A DNA stretch of 64,000 nucleotides from Takakia lepidozioides (Eukaryota > Plantae > Bryophyta). Below the pieces are notes generated by a model, which was not told the origin of the DNA, made no database searches, and was given only the letters and a program-made list of their open reading frames with translations. The stretch lies in the NCBI GenBank assembly GCA_030704615.1, contig CM060732.1, positions 15,810,001 through 15,874,000 on the forward strand. Direction: 5' to 3'. The stretch's first letter is position 1. Every line of letters starts with the position of its first letter. Of the stretch, positions 63,061 to 64,000 are shown piece after piece. The translations under genes were made by a program, and so were the position numbers.

Positions 63061-64000
63061 TGTCGAGCGGCTTTTACTCACCCATCCCTTCGCTATCCGA
63101 GGTGGGAACTCCAAGATAGAAGAGTTGGAAATCTCTAAGCACTCAGCCCGCTCAGAACAATCAGTCATGACCTACAGCTAGTGTATCATGGGGGTGTTTC
63201 CTATTTGTACTCCTTCCCACATTCATGTTAGCGAGTTACCTTACTATCTGCAATTAAGTATCAGTTTGCTTCATAATTCTATCAAGTTCCATCCATTCAT
63301 TCCACAGCTTCACTCAGGTCTCTCTACACAGTGTGAGTATGAAGTATGTATCAGATTAATATCTATCAAGTATCAGGCTGAAGCCATGGTGTCTCTAATC
63401 TACTCTACATTACAATTCTACAGCTTGCATTCATCAAGTAACAACAGATCGTCACTTCTCCTACTCCGTGGTCTTCATCTTTCCACTCAGAGATGTGCTC
63501 TCCCCCCTATTTCCCAAGCCCTGATGCCAGAAGTCCCCCACCAAGAAGTGATCCCCCAAGAAGCGATCCCCCAGATGTCCCCGATTCTCGCTTTATCTAT
63601 TTACAAGCCGTTCTAACCGCTTTTCTAACTAACCGTTATCTCTGTAGTACACGTTCCTTTTTCAGATGTCGTTTCCCCACAGTCATTCCCTGCCAATGGT
63701 AACTGTTCCCCAGCTGTGCCGAGCTGTGACTGGCTGTATCAGGCTGTGGCGGGCTGTGACTGGCTGTATCGGGCTGTGTAGGGCTATGCGAAGCTGTGGC
63801 GGCTGTGTCGGGCTGTGACTGGTTGTGTCGGACTATGATGGACTGTGTCGGGCTGTGTCGGCTGTGACGGGCTGTGTTGGCTGTGACAGGCTGTGTTGGA
63901 CTGTGACGGGCTGTGACGGCTGTGTCGGGCTATGATGGACTGTGTCGGTCTTGTAAGCTACACCCATAGCTGGTCAATCACTTTATACCTGGGTAGTGTA
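63061..64000 (-). mobile_element. 3' end (LTR + tandem repeats) of a second copy of the Phygy-like gypsy family, opposite orientation; extends beyond the window
   Basis: Starts tgtcgagcggcttttactc, the reverse complement of the 31153 end. The ggctgtgtcg array at 63715-63950 mirrors 30360-30490, and HYPGIK* parallels TYPGSV. Confidence 0.9.

Overview
Eukaryotic nuclear DNA, most likely from a non-seed land plant (inferred from PLS-type PPR debris and Galadriel- and Phygy-like retroelements). The left ~13.3 kb holds one intact 15-exon host gene, LARP1, on the minus strand. The remaining ~50 kb is a nested transposon stack: a hAT MITE, a pogo-like fragment split by a young Galadriel-type chromovirus, a 5'-truncated non-chromovirus Ty3/gypsy with ~5 kb of extra 3' ORFs, a MULE/SWIM transposase, a full-length hAT, PPR pseudogene debris, and a Sola-like transposase interrupted by a second copy of the gypsy family. 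The most unusual content is two decayed, intron-containing genes with a prokaryote-like ParB-like plus beta-class amino-methyltransferase-like architecture. Each sits among many dispersed copies of its own palindrome (24-bp GTGATGATCGGTACCGATCATCAC; 18-bp CACGCGCGATCGCGCGTG). A 19.5-kb segment (35288-54786) is bounded by a 9-bp target-site duplication. Removing it rejoins the second gene in frame to an acidic linker and an FCP1/NIF phosphatase-like domain, and an ORF with RNA Pol II CTD-like heptads lies just upstream of that gene. All domain calls come from reading motifs by eye; no searches were run.
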